A DNA stretch of 64,000 nt from an uncultured Christensenellaceae bacterium (GTDB lineage: Bacteria; Bacillota; Clostridia; Christensenellales; UBA3700), in the NCBI GenBank assembly GCA_944381365.1, contig CALWKW010000002.1:180719-244718 (forward strand). Direction: 5' to 3'. The position numbers and the translations under genes are program-made. Each line of letters opens with the position of its first letter. The stretch's first letter is position 1. Positions 19,920 to 30,047 of the stretch are shown here, piece by piece. The notes below the pieces were generated by a model. The model searched no databases. It saw only the letters and a program-made list of their open reading frames with translations, and had not been told where the DNA came from.

Positions 19920-21203
19920 TTATTGGCTTATGATTCTTTTTGTAATCTCGCCGCACTTTGAATATATCTCGTCTATATCCGTGCCTATATTGTACTCGCA
20001 TTTTTCATAGAGAATTTTTCCTGCTATGATTGTCATAAGCACATTGGACTTGCTTCCTGCATAAACTATATTTTTGAGTACATTATTGACGGGCTGCATA
20101 TTGGGCTGATGCAAATCTATCATTATCAAATCCGCAGACTTGCCTATCTCTATTGTATCGAGATTGTTCATACCCATAGCCCAAGCATTGTTGTATGTCG
20201 CCATTTCCAGCACAAATTCTCCGTCCATTGCCGAAGGATTGGAAAGAACTGCTTTTTGCAAGCCGCTTGCTAAAAACATTTCTCTGAACATATCCAGACA
20301 ATTATTGCTTGCAGGCCCGTCAGTACCTAGTCCCACATTGATGCCGCTCTCGACAAGCTTCTGAAGAGGAGCTATGCCGCTTGCAAGTTTGATATTGCTG
20401 GCAGGACAGCTTATCACAGATACATTATGCTCTTTGAGGACTTTTATATCGTCATCGCTAGGATGCACGCAATGATATACCACTCCTCCAAAATCAAACA
20501 AACCTTGCTTTGCAAGATATACAGCAGGCGTGGTGCCATGCCTTTCTACGCACTCCTCAACTTCTTTTTTTGTCTCGCTGAGGTGTGTATAAACAGGCAT
20601 TTTGTGAGCTTTGGCAAATTCTGCCATTGCTTGAATATTTTGCTCGCTGTTTGTATATTCCGCATGCAATCCAAGACGGTATTCGATGAGATTGCCCGTC
20701 TTTTTCATGGTATCCATGCCCCATTCGAGTCTTTTAAAAAGTTTGTCTTTAGGGCCGTTGCCTTCAGTTATGCCTTCGAGTATGACATTTCTGAATCCGC
20801 ATTCCTGACAGGCCTCTGCAATACCGTCAAGATGAAAATACATATCGCTCGCTAGACTTATACCGCTTGACAAATACTCTGCTATTGCAAGTTTTGTCAG
20901 CCAATAACAATCATCTCTTGTGAGTTTTACTTCTCTCGGAAATACTTGTGTATGCAACCATTCATCGAGTGCCGTATCGTCTGCATACGAACGCAAAAAT
21001 ACCATTGGCGAATGTGCGTGAGCATTCTTGAAAGAAGGCATGACAAGATTTCCCTCTGCGTTTATCTCTCTGTCCCAAGGAAGATAAATCAAAGGACAAA
21101 CCTGACTGACAAGTCTTATCTTGCCGTCTTCTATCCAAAGTTCTCCGTTTTCGATATACTTTTCTCCCGTCCAAATTCTTGCGTTGTAAATTCTAATCAA
21201 CAT
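19920..21203 (-). CDS. Amidohydrolase, MTA/SAH deaminase-like
   Basis: NAHAH, HLSET, CPASNIKLASG and GTDGPASNN motifs. Confidence 0.88.
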   Translation of the reverse strand: MLIRIYNARIWTGEKYIENGELWIEDGKIRLVSQVCPLIYLPWDREINAEGNLVMPSFKNAHAHSPMVFLRSYADDTALDEWLHTQVFPREVKLTRDDCYWLTKLAIAEYLSSGISLASDMYFHLDGIAEACQECGFRNVILEGITEGNGPKDKLFKRLEWGMDTMKKTGNLIEYRLGLHAEYTNSEQNIQAMAEFAKAHKMPVYTHLSETKKEVEECVERHGTTPAVYLAKQGLFDFGGVVYHCVHPSDDDIKVLKEHNVSVISCPASNIKLASGIAPLQKLVESGINVGLGTDGPASNNCLDMFREMFLASGLQKAVLSNPSAMDGEFVLEMATYNNAWAMGMNNLDTIEIGKSADLIMIDLHQPNMQPVNNVLKNIVYAGSKSNVLMTIIAGKILYEKCEYNIGTDIDEIYSKCGEITKRIISQ

Positions 21204-21206
21204 TGA

Positions 21207-22037
21207 CTATAATACTTCCTTTATCTTTTTTATGCTTTCAAAAATCAGTTGTTGTAATTTTCCGCCGGTACGCTCTACTGCCTCTCCCTCGTCTACATTA
21301 TCGAGCGACATAGAAGTAATTCCGCATGCAGGATTTGTGATACAAGATATTCCCACGACTCTTATGCCCATGTGTCTTGCGGCGATGACTTCTATCGCAG
21401 TGGACATGCCCACGGCATCGGCTCCCATAATTTGTGCCATTCTGACTTCGCTTGCCGTCTCATAGCTGGGCCCTGAAAATTGTATATAAACTCCCGTGCC
21501 GAGATTTATGCCAAGCTGCTTTGCCGTATCATCGACAATTTTTCCGAGTTGTTCGTCATAGGGCTTTGTCATATCGGGAAAACGCTTGCCGAGTCTTTCC
21601 CAATTAGGACCTATCAAAGGAGAAGGTACCAATGAGATATGGTCGGTAATTCGCATCAATGCACCTATCTCGGGGTATTTTATACCGCCTGCCGCATTGG
21701 TGACAAACATTACCTTTGCACCTGCCATACCCATAAGTCTTACGGGCATGACGCAGTCTTGTGACGAATATCCCTCATAATAATGCACTCTGCCTTGCAT
21801 GACCACGACTTTGACGCCGCCGATATAGCCAAACACGAATTTGCCTTCGTGTCCCGCAACAGTGCTTATTGGCATACCTTCAATATCCTTGTAAGATACT
21901 TCTCCTACCTTGTCGATGCTTTCGGCAAACTTGCCGAGTCCGCTTCCCAACACGAGAAGTACTTCGGGACAAAAATCCGTATGTTGTCTTAGACTCTTGT
22001 ATGCTTTTTGAAGATTTTCTATATATTGTGCCTGCAT
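21207..22037 (-). CDS. punA: Purine-nucleoside phosphorylase, trimeric type
   Basis: VLGSGLG, GRVHYYEG, GPSYET and GADAVGMST motifs. Confidence 0.92.
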   Translation of the reverse strand: MQAQYIENLQKAYKSLRQHTDFCPEVLLVLGSGLGKFAESIDKVGEVSYKDIEGMPISTVAGHEGKFVFGYIGGVKVVVMQGRVHYYEGYSSQDCVMPVRLMGMAGAKVMFVTNAAGGIKYPEIGALMRITDHISLVPSPLIGPNWERLGKRFPDMTKPYDEQLGKIVDDTAKQLGINLGTGVYIQFSGPSYETASEVRMAQIMGADAVGMSTAIEVIAARHMGIRVVGISCITNPACGITSMSLDNVDEGEAVERTGGKLQQLIFESIKKIKEVL

Positions 22038-22038
22038 A

Positions 22039-22626
22039 TTATTTCTTGAATACAGTTCTTGAACCGGGCTTTACGAGTTCGATTTTTCCCTCTTTGCACA
22101 AAGGACATTCCTCGGGTTCGTAAGATACTACTTCCATACTGATAAGATTTACATATTTTACGCCGAAATCTACTGCACCGTTGCTTCTGTCTACCAACGA
22201 AGCTACTGCGGTCACCTCGCCGCCGAGACTCTGAACGAGTTTTACTACTTCTTTTACAGAACCGCCTGTCGTGACTACATCTTCTACAACGATGATTTTT
22301 GCCCCTTCAGGGATTGCAAAACCTCTTCTCAAAGTCATTTCTCCGTTTTCTCTTTCTGCAAAGATGTTGGGTACGCCGAGCTGTCTTGCTACTTCATATC
22401 CCATGAGGATTCCTCCGATAGCGGGAGAAACGACCATATCTACCTCAACGCCTGCGAGTTTTTCTGCAAGTGCCTTGCATACGATTTCGCTTTGCTTGGT
22501 ATCGATAAAGAGTTTTGCACTCTGCATATAAGTATCGCTGTGTCTTCCTGAAGTCAACTTAAAGTGTCCTTTGAGTATGGCTCCTGTCTTTCTATAACAT
22601 TCCAATGCTTGTTCTTGTGTCAACAT
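22039..22626 (-). CDS. pyrE: Orotate phosphoribosyltransferase
   Basis: [11 protein letters not shown]; PRPP motif [11 protein letters not shown]. Confidence 0.96.
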   Translation of the reverse strand: MLTQEQALECYRKTGAILKGHFKLTSGRHSDTYMQSAKLFIDTKQSEIVCKALAEKLAGVEVDMVVSPAIGGILMGYEVARQLGVPNIFAERENGEMTLRRGFAIPEGAKIIVVEDVVTTGGSVKEVVKLVQSLGGEVTAVASLVDRSNGAVDFGVKYVNLISMEVVSYEPEECPLCKEGKIELVKPGSRTVFKK

Positions 22627-22729
22627 AACTGCCTCCGATTTTTAATGTTTTGTATATTTGTTTTGTATTTGTATTTTTGATTTATTGTTTTGTTTTATCG
22701 ATTATTGTTTGGCTTTTGTATTAAAACAA

Positions 22730-23641
22730 TCAGCCGTTGAGAATAAGAGTACCTACGATATCGTTTATATCCATATTGTTGTTGTCAACATACTCCTTGA
22801 GATCTCTTGCTATATCTCTTGCACCACAAGGCTCGGTAAAATTGTGCGTCCCTATCTGCACGGCTCTTGCTCCGCATATCATAAACTCAAGCACATCGGT
22901 ATAATTTTTTATTCCGCCGAGACCTATGATAGGTATTTTTACGGCATTAAAACAATCCCATACCATTTTGAGAGCGACAGGCTTTACGCAAGGTCCGCTT
23001 ACTCCGCCATTGTTGTTGAACAAAATAGGTCTTCTGGTCTTGTAATTCACTGCCATGCCCGACAATGTGTTTATGAGCGAAACGGCATCCGCACCGCCTG
23101 CTTCGGCACCTCTTGCGTTGTCGGCAATACATGCCACATTGGGGGATAGTTTTGTAATGACGGGTTTTGAGCAAACTTTCTTGACTGCACTTGTCACCTT
23201 TTCTACATTTTCAGGTAAAACACCGAAAGCCATACCGCCCGCTTTGACATTGGGACAGGAAATATTGAGTTCTACCATATCGGCTTTGCTCTCATTCATT
23301 CTTTCTGCGATTGCTATGTAATCTTCCAAGGTACTTCCCGCAATATTTGCAATTACCACGACATCTCTTTTTGAAAGCTCGATATCGTCAGTCTGAAGAT
23401 AATGTTCTACCCCTGGGTTTTGCAAACCTACGCTGTTGAGCATACCGCCATAGCTCTCTGCTATTCTGGGAGGAGGATTGCCGAGTCTTGGCTTTATCGT
23501 AAGACCTTTTGTACAAATTCCGCCAAGCTCCTCGATGTTGTAAAATCTGTCATACTCCTTGCCAAAGCCGAAAGTTCCGCTTGCAGTAATGACGGGATTT
23601 TTGAATTCTACGCCTGCTATATTAACTTTGAGATTGCTCAT
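22730..23641 (-). CDS. pyrD: Dihydroorotate dehydrogenase 1B, catalytic subunit
   Basis: ASGTFG, NSVGLQNPG, NISCPNV and KLSPNV motifs. Confidence 0.96.
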   Translation of the reverse strand: MSNLKVNIAGVEFKNPVITASGTFGFGKEYDRFYNIEELGGICTKGLTIKPRLGNPPPRIAESYGGMLNSVGLQNPGVEHYLQTDDIELSKRDVVVIANIAGSTLEDYIAIAERMNESKADMVELNISCPNVKAGGMAFGVLPENVEKVTSAVKKVCSKPVITKLSPNVACIADNARGAEAGGADAVSLINTLSGMAVNYKTRRPILFNNNGGVSGPCVKPVALKMVWDCFNAVKIPIIGLGGIKNYTDVLEFMICGARAVQIGTHNFTEPCGARDIARDLKEYVDNNNMDINDIVGTLILNG

Positions 23642-24420
23642 AGTACCACCTCGTCCAATCTGAATACAGGTCCGTCAGCACATACTCTGAGATAACCTTC
23701 TTCGCCGTTTCTTTTTACCTTACAATTACATACAAGGCATGCTCCTATGCCGCAGCCCATTCTCGCTTCCAAAGATACAATTATGGGAACATCGAAGGGA
23801 GCCAAAGCTTTTTTAAGAGCCTTGTACATCACTTCGGGACCGCAACAAAATACTGCATCGGGCTTTAATTTTGCCATATCCTCTGCAAGTATATTTGTCA
23901 CAAAGCCTTTTTTGCCATAGCTGCCGTCATCGGTAGCTACCACCACTTCTTTGGATAGAGCTTTCATCTCTTCTTCAAGCACTACCTTGTCCTTGTTGGC
24001 AAAGCCGAGATATGTATAATATTCTCTGTCGCCGAAAGCTTTGGGTACGGCAGGCAAAACAGCACTGCCCATACCGCCTCCCAAAAGCACGATTTTTTTC
24101 ATGTTGTCATCAGGCACAAAGCCGTTGCCGAGAGGCATCATAGCTTTTATCGTCATACCCTCAGAATACTTTGTCATTTCTTTGGTGCCTTCGCCTACTA
24201 CGGCATAACATACCGCAACAGTCTTTTTGTCCATATCAAAATCGCATATACAAAAAGGTCTTCTGAGCACATGAGAATTGTCCGTGAGCTTTATGTGGAT
24301 AAATTGTCCGCCCTTGATATCCTCGGGCATATCGTCAAAAGCGATGACCATTTTGTAGATATCTTTTGCGATTTGGTTATTGAGAATTATTTTGCCTGTT
24401 CTGTCTTTTAGATTTGTCAT
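23638..24420 (-). CDS. pyrK: Dihydroorotate dehydrogenase electron-transfer subunit
   Basis: LRRPF, TDDGSYG and MGCGIGACLVC...VCADGPVF motifs. Confidence 0.95.
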   Translation of the reverse strand: MTNLKDRTGKIILNNQIAKDIYKMVIAFDDMPEDIKGGQFIHIKLTDNSHVLRRPFCICDFDMDKKTVAVCYAVVGEGTKEMTKYSEGMTIKAMMPLGNGFVPDDNMKKIVLLGGGMGSAVLPAVPKAFGDREYYTYLGFANKDKVVLEEEMKALSKEVVVATDDGSYGKKGFVTNILAEDMAKLKPDAVFCCGPEVMYKALKKALAPFDVPIIVSLEARMGCGIGACLVCNCKVKRNGEEGYLRVCADGPVFRLDEVVL

Positions 24421-24427
24421 AGTTTCC

Positions 24428-25330
24428 TCAAATACATCTTGTGATATCTTTTTGCATGTCGACAGCAGCTTTCAATGCAGCTTCCTTATAGTTCATACCC
24501 TTGTATGCATCTTTTTTGTATGCACAGAGTATTCCTCTCGAAGAGTTGACTATACCGCCGATACCGTTTTCAAAACATACAGCGAGATCCTCTGCTTTTC
24601 CGCCCTGAGCACCATATCCGGGGATAAGGAAGAATGTGTTGGGGTGAGCTTTTCTGATAAGCTTTGCCTGCTCCATGTGAGTAGCACCTACTACCGCACC
24701 GATACTGCTGTATCCGTATTTGCCCACGAGGTCTTTGCCCCAGCCGTCCACGAGAGTAGCCATATTGTCATAGAGAGTCTTGCCGTTTTCCATAAGCTTG
24801 TCCTGAAGCTCGCCGCTTGTGGGATTTGAAGTCTTGACGAGCACAAAAGCTCCCTTGTCATAAAGTTTGCAATCCTCGACAAAAGGCAAAATGCCGTCAC
24901 TTCCGAGATATCCGTTTATGGTAATAAAATCGCTTTCAAAAGGCGTCACGAGCGAGCCATCAGCAAGCTTTGTCTTGCCTATATAGCCTTTGCTGTATGC
25001 ACTTGCTGTTGAGCCTATATCGTTTCTCTTGATATCGGCAATTACAAACAATCCTTTTTCCCTTGCATAAGCCACTGTATCTCTGAATGCCGCAAGTCCG
25101 TCTACTCCGTACATCTCATAGTATGCCACCTGAACTTTTACGGCAGGTATGACATCTTTGAGCGTATCGATAAGGTCAAAGTTGAATTTTGTAATTTGCT
25201 TGCCCGCTTCACTCAAAGTAGTACACTTGGATTTCATTTCTTCGGGAATATAGTCGATACAGGTATCAAGTCCTATCACTGAAGGGTTGTTTGTCTCTTT
25301 TATTTTGTCGATAAGTCTGTCGATAATCAT
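24428..25330 (-). CDS. pyrF: Orotidine-5'-phosphate decarboxylase (long type)
   Basis: DIKRNDIGST, KTSNP and PGYGAQGG motifs. Confidence 0.96.
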   Translation of the reverse strand: MIIDRLIDKIKETNNPSVIGLDTCIDYIPEEMKSKCTTLSEAGKQITKFNFDLIDTLKDVIPAVKVQVAYYEMYGVDGLAAFRDTVAYAREKGLFVIADIKRNDIGSTASAYSKGYIGKTKLADGSLVTPFESDFITINGYLGSDGILPFVEDCKLYDKGAFVLVKTSNPTSGELQDKLMENGKTLYDNMATLVDGWGKDLVGKYGYSSIGAVVGATHMEQAKLIRKAHPNTFFLIPGYGAQGGKAEDLAVCFENGIGGIVNSSRGILCAYKKDAYKGMNYKEAALKAAVDMQKDITRCI

Positions 25331-25348
25331 ATTTCACCTCAATGTATA

Positions 25349-26599
25349 TCAGTATTTGATTTGTCCTTCTACGATTGTTTTCATTATTTTGCCCTTTACT
25401 TTCCAGCCGTCAAAGGGAGTATTCTTGCCTTTTGATTTAAAGCTCTTTGCGTCAATTCTGTACTCTTTGTCAAGGTCAACGAGTGTGATATCCGCAAGTC
25501 CGCCTTCCTCGAGTTTTCCGCTTTCGATGCCGAGAAGTTTTGCAGGCTTTTCACTCATAAGCTCGCTGAGCTTGTCCAAACCAATAACTCCGCTGTCCAC
25601 AAGATATGTGTAGCTTAGAGCAAAAGCACTCTCGAGTCCGCTTATACCGTTTGCCGCAAAATTGAATTCTACATTCTTATCCTCATGGCTGTGAGGTGCG
25701 TGGTCGGTAGCGATTACATCTATCGTTCCGTCCTTAAGACCTGCAAGAATCGCCTGTCTGTCCTTTTCTGTACGCAAAGGAGGATTTACCTTGCTGTTTG
25801 TATTGTAATCGAGTATGAGAGCGTCTGTGCCTGCAATGTAGTGAGGACATGTCTCACAGCTTACCTTCACCCCTCTTGCCTTTGCTTCTCTTATTATCTG
25901 AACGCCGCTTGCAGTGCTCACATGACAGATATGCACCTTTGTATCGAGCATTTCTGCAAGAATAATATCTCTTGCTATCATGATGTCTTCGGCGGCAGAA
26001 GGAATACCCTTGAGTCCTGCTCTTGTGGCATTTTCGCCTTCGTTGACAACGCCTTCGTTTATGAGAGATTTTTCCTCGCAATGACTGCAAAGAAGCAAAT
26101 CGTAATCTTTTGCGTATTCGAGTGCAAGTCTCATCATCTGAGGAGTGGATACAGGTTGTCCGTCATCGCTCATTGCGATAGCTCCCGCTTCCTTCATTTT
26201 TCCCATCTCCGCCATAAGCTCGCCTTTAAGTCCTACCGTAATAGCACCTATCGGATATACTTTTGCAAGATTGACTTCTTTGGCTCTGTCCACAATATAT
26301 TTTACGATATATCTGTTGTCTGTCACGGGCTTGGTATTGGGCATACAACATACTACCGAAAAACCACCCGCTACCGCAGCTTTGCTGCCGCTTTCTATAT
26401 CTTCTTTGTATTCAAGTCCAGGTTCTCTCAAATGAGTGTGCATATCTATGAATGCAGGCAAAGCCGTCAATCCGTCAGCATTTATCACTTCGTCATAATC
26501 GCCTTTGATGTCTTTGCCTATCTTTTCTATTCTATTGCCATTAATGGCAATATCACACTTTTCGCCTTTTACTTTTACGCTCTTTATCAATATTGACAT
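25349..26599 (-). CDS. pyrC: Dihydroorotase
   Basis: DMHTHLREPG, NPPLR and ATDHAPH motifs. Confidence 0.96.
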   Translation of the reverse strand: MSILIKSVKVKGEKCDIAINGNRIEKIGKDIKGDYDEVINADGLTALPAFIDMHTHLREPGLEYKEDIESGSKAAVAGGFSVVCCMPNTKPVTDNRYIVKYIVDRAKEVNLAKVYPIGAITVGLKGELMAEMGKMKEAGAIAMSDDGQPVSTPQMMRLALEYAKDYDLLLCSHCEEKSLINEGVVNEGENATRAGLKGIPSAAEDIMIARDIILAEMLDTKVHICHVSTASGVQIIREAKARGVKVSCETCPHYIAGTDALILDYNTNSKVNPPLRTEKDRQAILAGLKDGTIDVIATDHAPHSHEDKNVEFNFAANGISGLESAFALSYTYLVDSGVIGLDKLSELMSEKPAKLLGIESGKLEEGGLADITLVDLDKEYRIDAKSFKSKGKNTPFDGWKVKGKIMKTIVEGQIKY

Positions 26600-26743
26600 A
26601 TATATTCTCCTTGATTGATTTTCTTGTGTGATTTTATCTTATTGCAATGATTTTTTTCATCGATAAAATTTATTTATCATCGTTATCATTGCTTTTTGGC
26701 TTGTCGATATTTATGTATCATAAGCTTTTCTTTCTTTTGAAAT

Positions 26744-27655
26744 TTACTCGCCGACAGTGACCCACTCTAAAAGTGCCATTCTTGTGGCAACGCCGTTTGT
26801 GACTTGTTCGTCCTTAAGGCACATATCACTGTCAAGCACATCGCAATCCACTTCTATGCCCCTGTTTGCAGGTCCGGGGTGCATTACTATCGCACCTTTG
26901 TTTGCCATAGCCATTCTTTCCATTGTCACACCGTAGAAGTGATTGTATTCCTCAACGCTCGGGAAAAGTCCTTTTTGCTGTCTTTCGAGCTGTATTCTGA
27001 GCCCCATTATTACATCGCTTCCCTTAAAAGCTTCTTCCACGCTCTTGCATATCTTGCAAGGCTGGTTTTCTATGCCTTTGGGCAAAAGAGTGTTTGGAGC
27101 GAATATCTTGACTTTTGCACCCATTTTGCTAAGTCCCACTATATTGCTTTGTGCCACACGGGAATGCTTGACATCTCCTATGATAGCCACTTCGAGTCCT
27201 TTTATCTCTCCGAATCTCTCACGCATGGTGTACATATCGAGAAGTGCCTGCGTGGGATGAGCATGCATACCGTCACCGCCGTTGACTACACTTGCTTTTA
27301 TATGTTTTGCAATGATATTGGGAGCACCTGCCACAGAGTGTCTTATTACTATTACATCTGTCATAAGTTTGTCAAGAGTGACAGCTGTATCTATAAGACT
27401 CTCGCCCTTCTTTACGCTCGAGCCCGAAGGGGAAATACCCACTACCTTTGCCCCCAAGTACTTGCCAGCGTCTTCAAAAGAACAACGAGTACGAGTACTG
27501 TTTTCATAAAAAAGCGTGACCATGCTCTTGCCTTTGAGAATGTCCAAAGCTTTGTTGCCCGCAACAATATTGGCTTTCATGAAATCTGCACGCTTTAACA
27601 AGCTTTTGATAAGCTCTTTGTCGGCATCTGCCATTGTCAAAAAATCTCTTTTCAT
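26744..27655 (-). CDS. pyrB: Aspartate carbamoyltransferase catalytic subunit
   Basis: FYENSTRT, HPTQALLD and MHPGP motifs. Confidence 0.97.
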   Translation of the reverse strand: MKRDFLTMADADKELIKSLLKRADFMKANIVAGNKALDILKGKSMVTLFYENSTRTRCSFEDAGKYLGAKVVGISPSGSSVKKGESLIDTAVTLDKLMTDVIVIRHSVAGAPNIIAKHIKASVVNGGDGMHAHPTQALLDMYTMRERFGEIKGLEVAIIGDVKHSRVAQSNIVGLSKMGAKVKIFAPNTLLPKGIENQPCKICKSVEEAFKGSDVIMGLRIQLERQQKGLFPSVEEYNHFYGVTMERMAMANKGAIVMHPGPANRGIEVDCDVLDSDMCLKDEQVTNGVATRMALLEWVTVGE

Positions 27656-27808
27656 TTGACCTCCGTTTACTTATACTATTATATAATAACATAAAAGTTT
27701 TTAAATTAAAAGAAATATGCGATGTTTTTTTATTTTTATATATATTTTATTTTAGCATTTTCAAATCGGATAGATTTTATCATGATTTGTCATGGTTTCT
27801 GATATATA

Positions 27809-27847
27809 TATTTATATAATTTACCTAAGACTTAAATTATATAAATA
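27809..27847 (-). repeat. Dispersed spacer palindrome, copy 3
   Basis: TATTTATATAATTTA-CCTAAGACT-TAAATTATATAAATA; perfect 15-bp arms with compensatory C>T/G>A. Confidence 0.93.
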
Positions 27848-27930
27848 GCCCCAAAAGCCGTATATTTTTTTATCTTAAATTATTTGTCAAAACTTTTTTG
27901 TCGCATATTTTTAAATCAGGCTTTTTGCAT

Positions 27931-27956
27931 AAAAAATACGCCCCCTAAGGAGCGTA
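27931..27956 (-). terminator. Intrinsic terminator after the ferredoxin and sORF
   Basis: Minus strand TACGCTCC-TTAG-GGGGCGTA followed by T6. Confidence 0.85.
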
Positions 27957-27960
27957 CATC

Positions 27961-28023
27961 TTATTTGCTTGTAAAAGCCTTTGCGAATACCATCGGGCAA
28001 TCGCTTTTGAAGAACATATTCAT
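27961..28023 (-). CDS. Candidate 20-aa peptide MNMFFKSDCPMVFAKAFTSK
   Basis: GAGGT RBS 8 nt before ATG; stop 4 nt before the terminator stem. Confidence 0.4.
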   Translation of the reverse strand: MNMFFKSDCPMVFAKAFTSK

Positions 28024-28109
28024 TGTGCAATACCTCATACAGACATCTTAAGATGTCTTCTTGACACCAAAGAGTATATTGTCATACTCTTTGGCATAAA
28101 GTCTTTGGA

Positions 28110-28280
28110 TTATTCTTCGGAAATTGCAGAAACAGGACAACCTGCTGCACAAGCACCACAACTGATACATGTGTCTGCATCGATGATATATGTCTCGTCG
28201 CCTTCAGATATAGCTGATACGGGACATCCTTCTGCACAAGAACCACATTTAATGCAGTCGCCACCAATTACATATGCCAT
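28110..28280 (-). CDS. fdx: Clostridial 2[4Fe-4S] ferredoxin (56 aa, not in ORF track)
   Basis: MAYVIGGDCIKCGSCAEGCPVSAISEGDETYIIDADTCISCGACAAGCPVSAISEE; two CxxCxxCxxxCP motifs. Confidence 0.97.
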   Translation of the reverse strand: MAYVIGGDCIKCGSCAEGCPVSAISEGDETYIIDADTCISCGACAAGCPVSAISEE

Positions 28281-28590
28281 ATTACACCCTTCTCCTTTTT
28301 AGTTTTCTATGAATATTGTAGCACACGATTAAGCCTTTGTAAAGTGGTAAAAACCTTTTTTTACAATAGTCTAATAAAATCAGTGATTTTTGTTAAGTTT
28401 TAATTTTGTTTGAAGAATTAGCAATAATAATTCTAAACAAAAACAAGATAATAAATAAGTGTCGATTATTTATAGCCGAATATCAGGTAAACCGACTTTT
28501 ATTTTGTGCGTTTTGAGATATTTTTTGTACTCTTTTTTAAATTGTCGACAATTTTGTCGAATTTATTCTCGCTATATATCCCGATATATC

Positions 28591-29070
28591 TCATTCTTCT
28601 GTATTTTTATCGCAAAGAGGGACGAATTTTGCCCCTACGAAATCTGCTAATGAAAGAGGAGATATACATATCTGATGCCCGACTTTTCCTGCACTTACAT
28701 AAATTTCAGAAAAATTCTTTGCACTCTCGTCTATAAATGTCTTGAATCTCTTTTTCATGCCGATGGGCGAACATCCTCCGTGTATATATCCCGTGAGAGG
28801 TTCAAGCTCTTTTTGTTTTATCATGCTTACTGACTTAAAGCCCGCTTCCTTTGCCGCCATTTTCAAATCCAAAGTCGCACATACGGGCACGCAGAATACC
28901 GCATATTCTCTTTTGTCGCTTACCGTCACAAGCGTCTTGAATACGCATCGAGCGTCCTCGCCGAGTTGTCTTGCCACACTTTCGCCGTCAGTGATATCTG
29001 ATGGATATTCATATCCTTTGTATGCCACCTTTTTGGCATCGAGCATTCTCATAACATTGGTTTTTTCCAT
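28591..29070 (-). CDS. ybaK: Cys-tRNA(Pro) deacylase YbaK/EbsC
   Basis: KTNVMR, VFKTLVT and TGYIHGGCSPIGMK motifs; start set at MEKTN. Confidence 0.92.
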   Translation of the reverse strand: MEKTNVMRMLDAKKVAYKGYEYPSDITDGESVARQLGEDARCVFKTLVTVSDKREYAVFCVPVCATLDLKMAAKEAGFKSVSMIKQKELEPLTGYIHGGCSPIGMKKRFKTFIDESAKNFSEIYVSAGKVGHQICISPLSLADFVGAKFVPLCDKNTEE

Positions 29071-29156
29071 AAAACAAAATTCTCCAAAGAAATTTTTTTT
29101 GATTATATCACAAGCTTTTTTGAAAAGCAAACGGCAGAATGTATCTGCCGTCATTA

Positions 29157-30047
29157 TTATTTATCTTCTAATTGTTCGAGTGCTTTTTCGTCCTCTTCTT
29201 CTCTGTTGAGATTTTTCTTGACAGAATTGTTTTTGGGAGGGGCCAAAAGCTCGAATTCTCCGATATTGCAATATCTTTGCTCTACTCCGTCTTCCTTTTC
29301 GAGCGTGACTTTTATTCTTTCTTTGAGGACATCCACCTCTTCTACTCTTGCGGTGCCGTCCTGCAATTTTACTATCGAGCCTATCTTAGGCATAACCTTG
29401 TTGACTTGTGCATAAAAATCATTCTCGTACTTAAGACAGCACATGAGCTTTCCGCACATACCGCTTACCTTTGTGGGATTGAGAGACAAGTTTTGATTTT
29501 TTGCCATCTTCACGGTAGACTTTTCATAATCGGACAGATAGCTTATACAACAGCACTCTCTGCCGCATACGCCCATAGCACCTCTAAGTTTTATGTCATC
29601 TCTTTCATAAATCTGTCTGAGCTCTATTCTCATTCTCATCTCGCCCGCAAGGTCCTTGACGAGCTCTCTAAAATCCACTCTGCCGTCTGCGGTAAAGCTG
29701 AATATTATCTTTGATCTGTCAAAAGTATATTCTGCATCCACGAGCTTCATCTGCAAGCCGTGCTTGTCTATATGCTTCTGACATATTTTCATTGCTCCTG
29801 CTTTTTTCTCAAAATTTTCCTTGGCTCTTTGCTCGTCTTCTTTTGTAGCTTTTCTTACAACGGGCTTTAAAGGTACTTTTATCTCCTCGTCAGGCACATT
29901 TGTGTTTTGCTGACTTATGCGTGCAAATTCAAGACCTCTCACGGTCTCTACTATTACGCCGTCTCCTTCTTTGAATTCTATATTGAGCGGGTCGAAATAA
30001 TACTGTTTGCATGTCGAACCGAATTTTACACCTACAATTATCGGCAT
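29157..30047 (-). CDS. ricT: RicT/YaaT (PSP1 domain) protein
   Basis: RVDFRELVKDLA, CGRECCC and SGMCGKLMCCL motifs; follows holB. Confidence 0.92.
   Translation of the reverse strand: MPIIVGVKFGSTCKQYYFDPLNIEFKEGDGVIVETVRGLEFARISQQNTNVPDEEIKVPLKPVVRKATKEDEQRAKENFEKKAGAMKICQKHIDKHGLQMKLVDAEYTFDRSKIIFSFTADGRVDFRELVKDLAGEMRMRIELRQIYERDDIKLRGAMGVCGRECCCISYLSDYEKSTVKMAKNQNLSLNPTKVSGMCGKLMCCLKYENDFYAQVNKVMPKIGSIVKLQDGTARVEEVDVLKERIKVTLEKEDGVEQRYCNIGEFELLAPPKNNSVKKNLNREEEDEKALEQLEDK

Noticed and set aside
28082-28302. Track ORFs 28082-28267 (-) and 28105-28302 (+)
   Set aside because: Alternative frames over the real 56-aa ferredoxin
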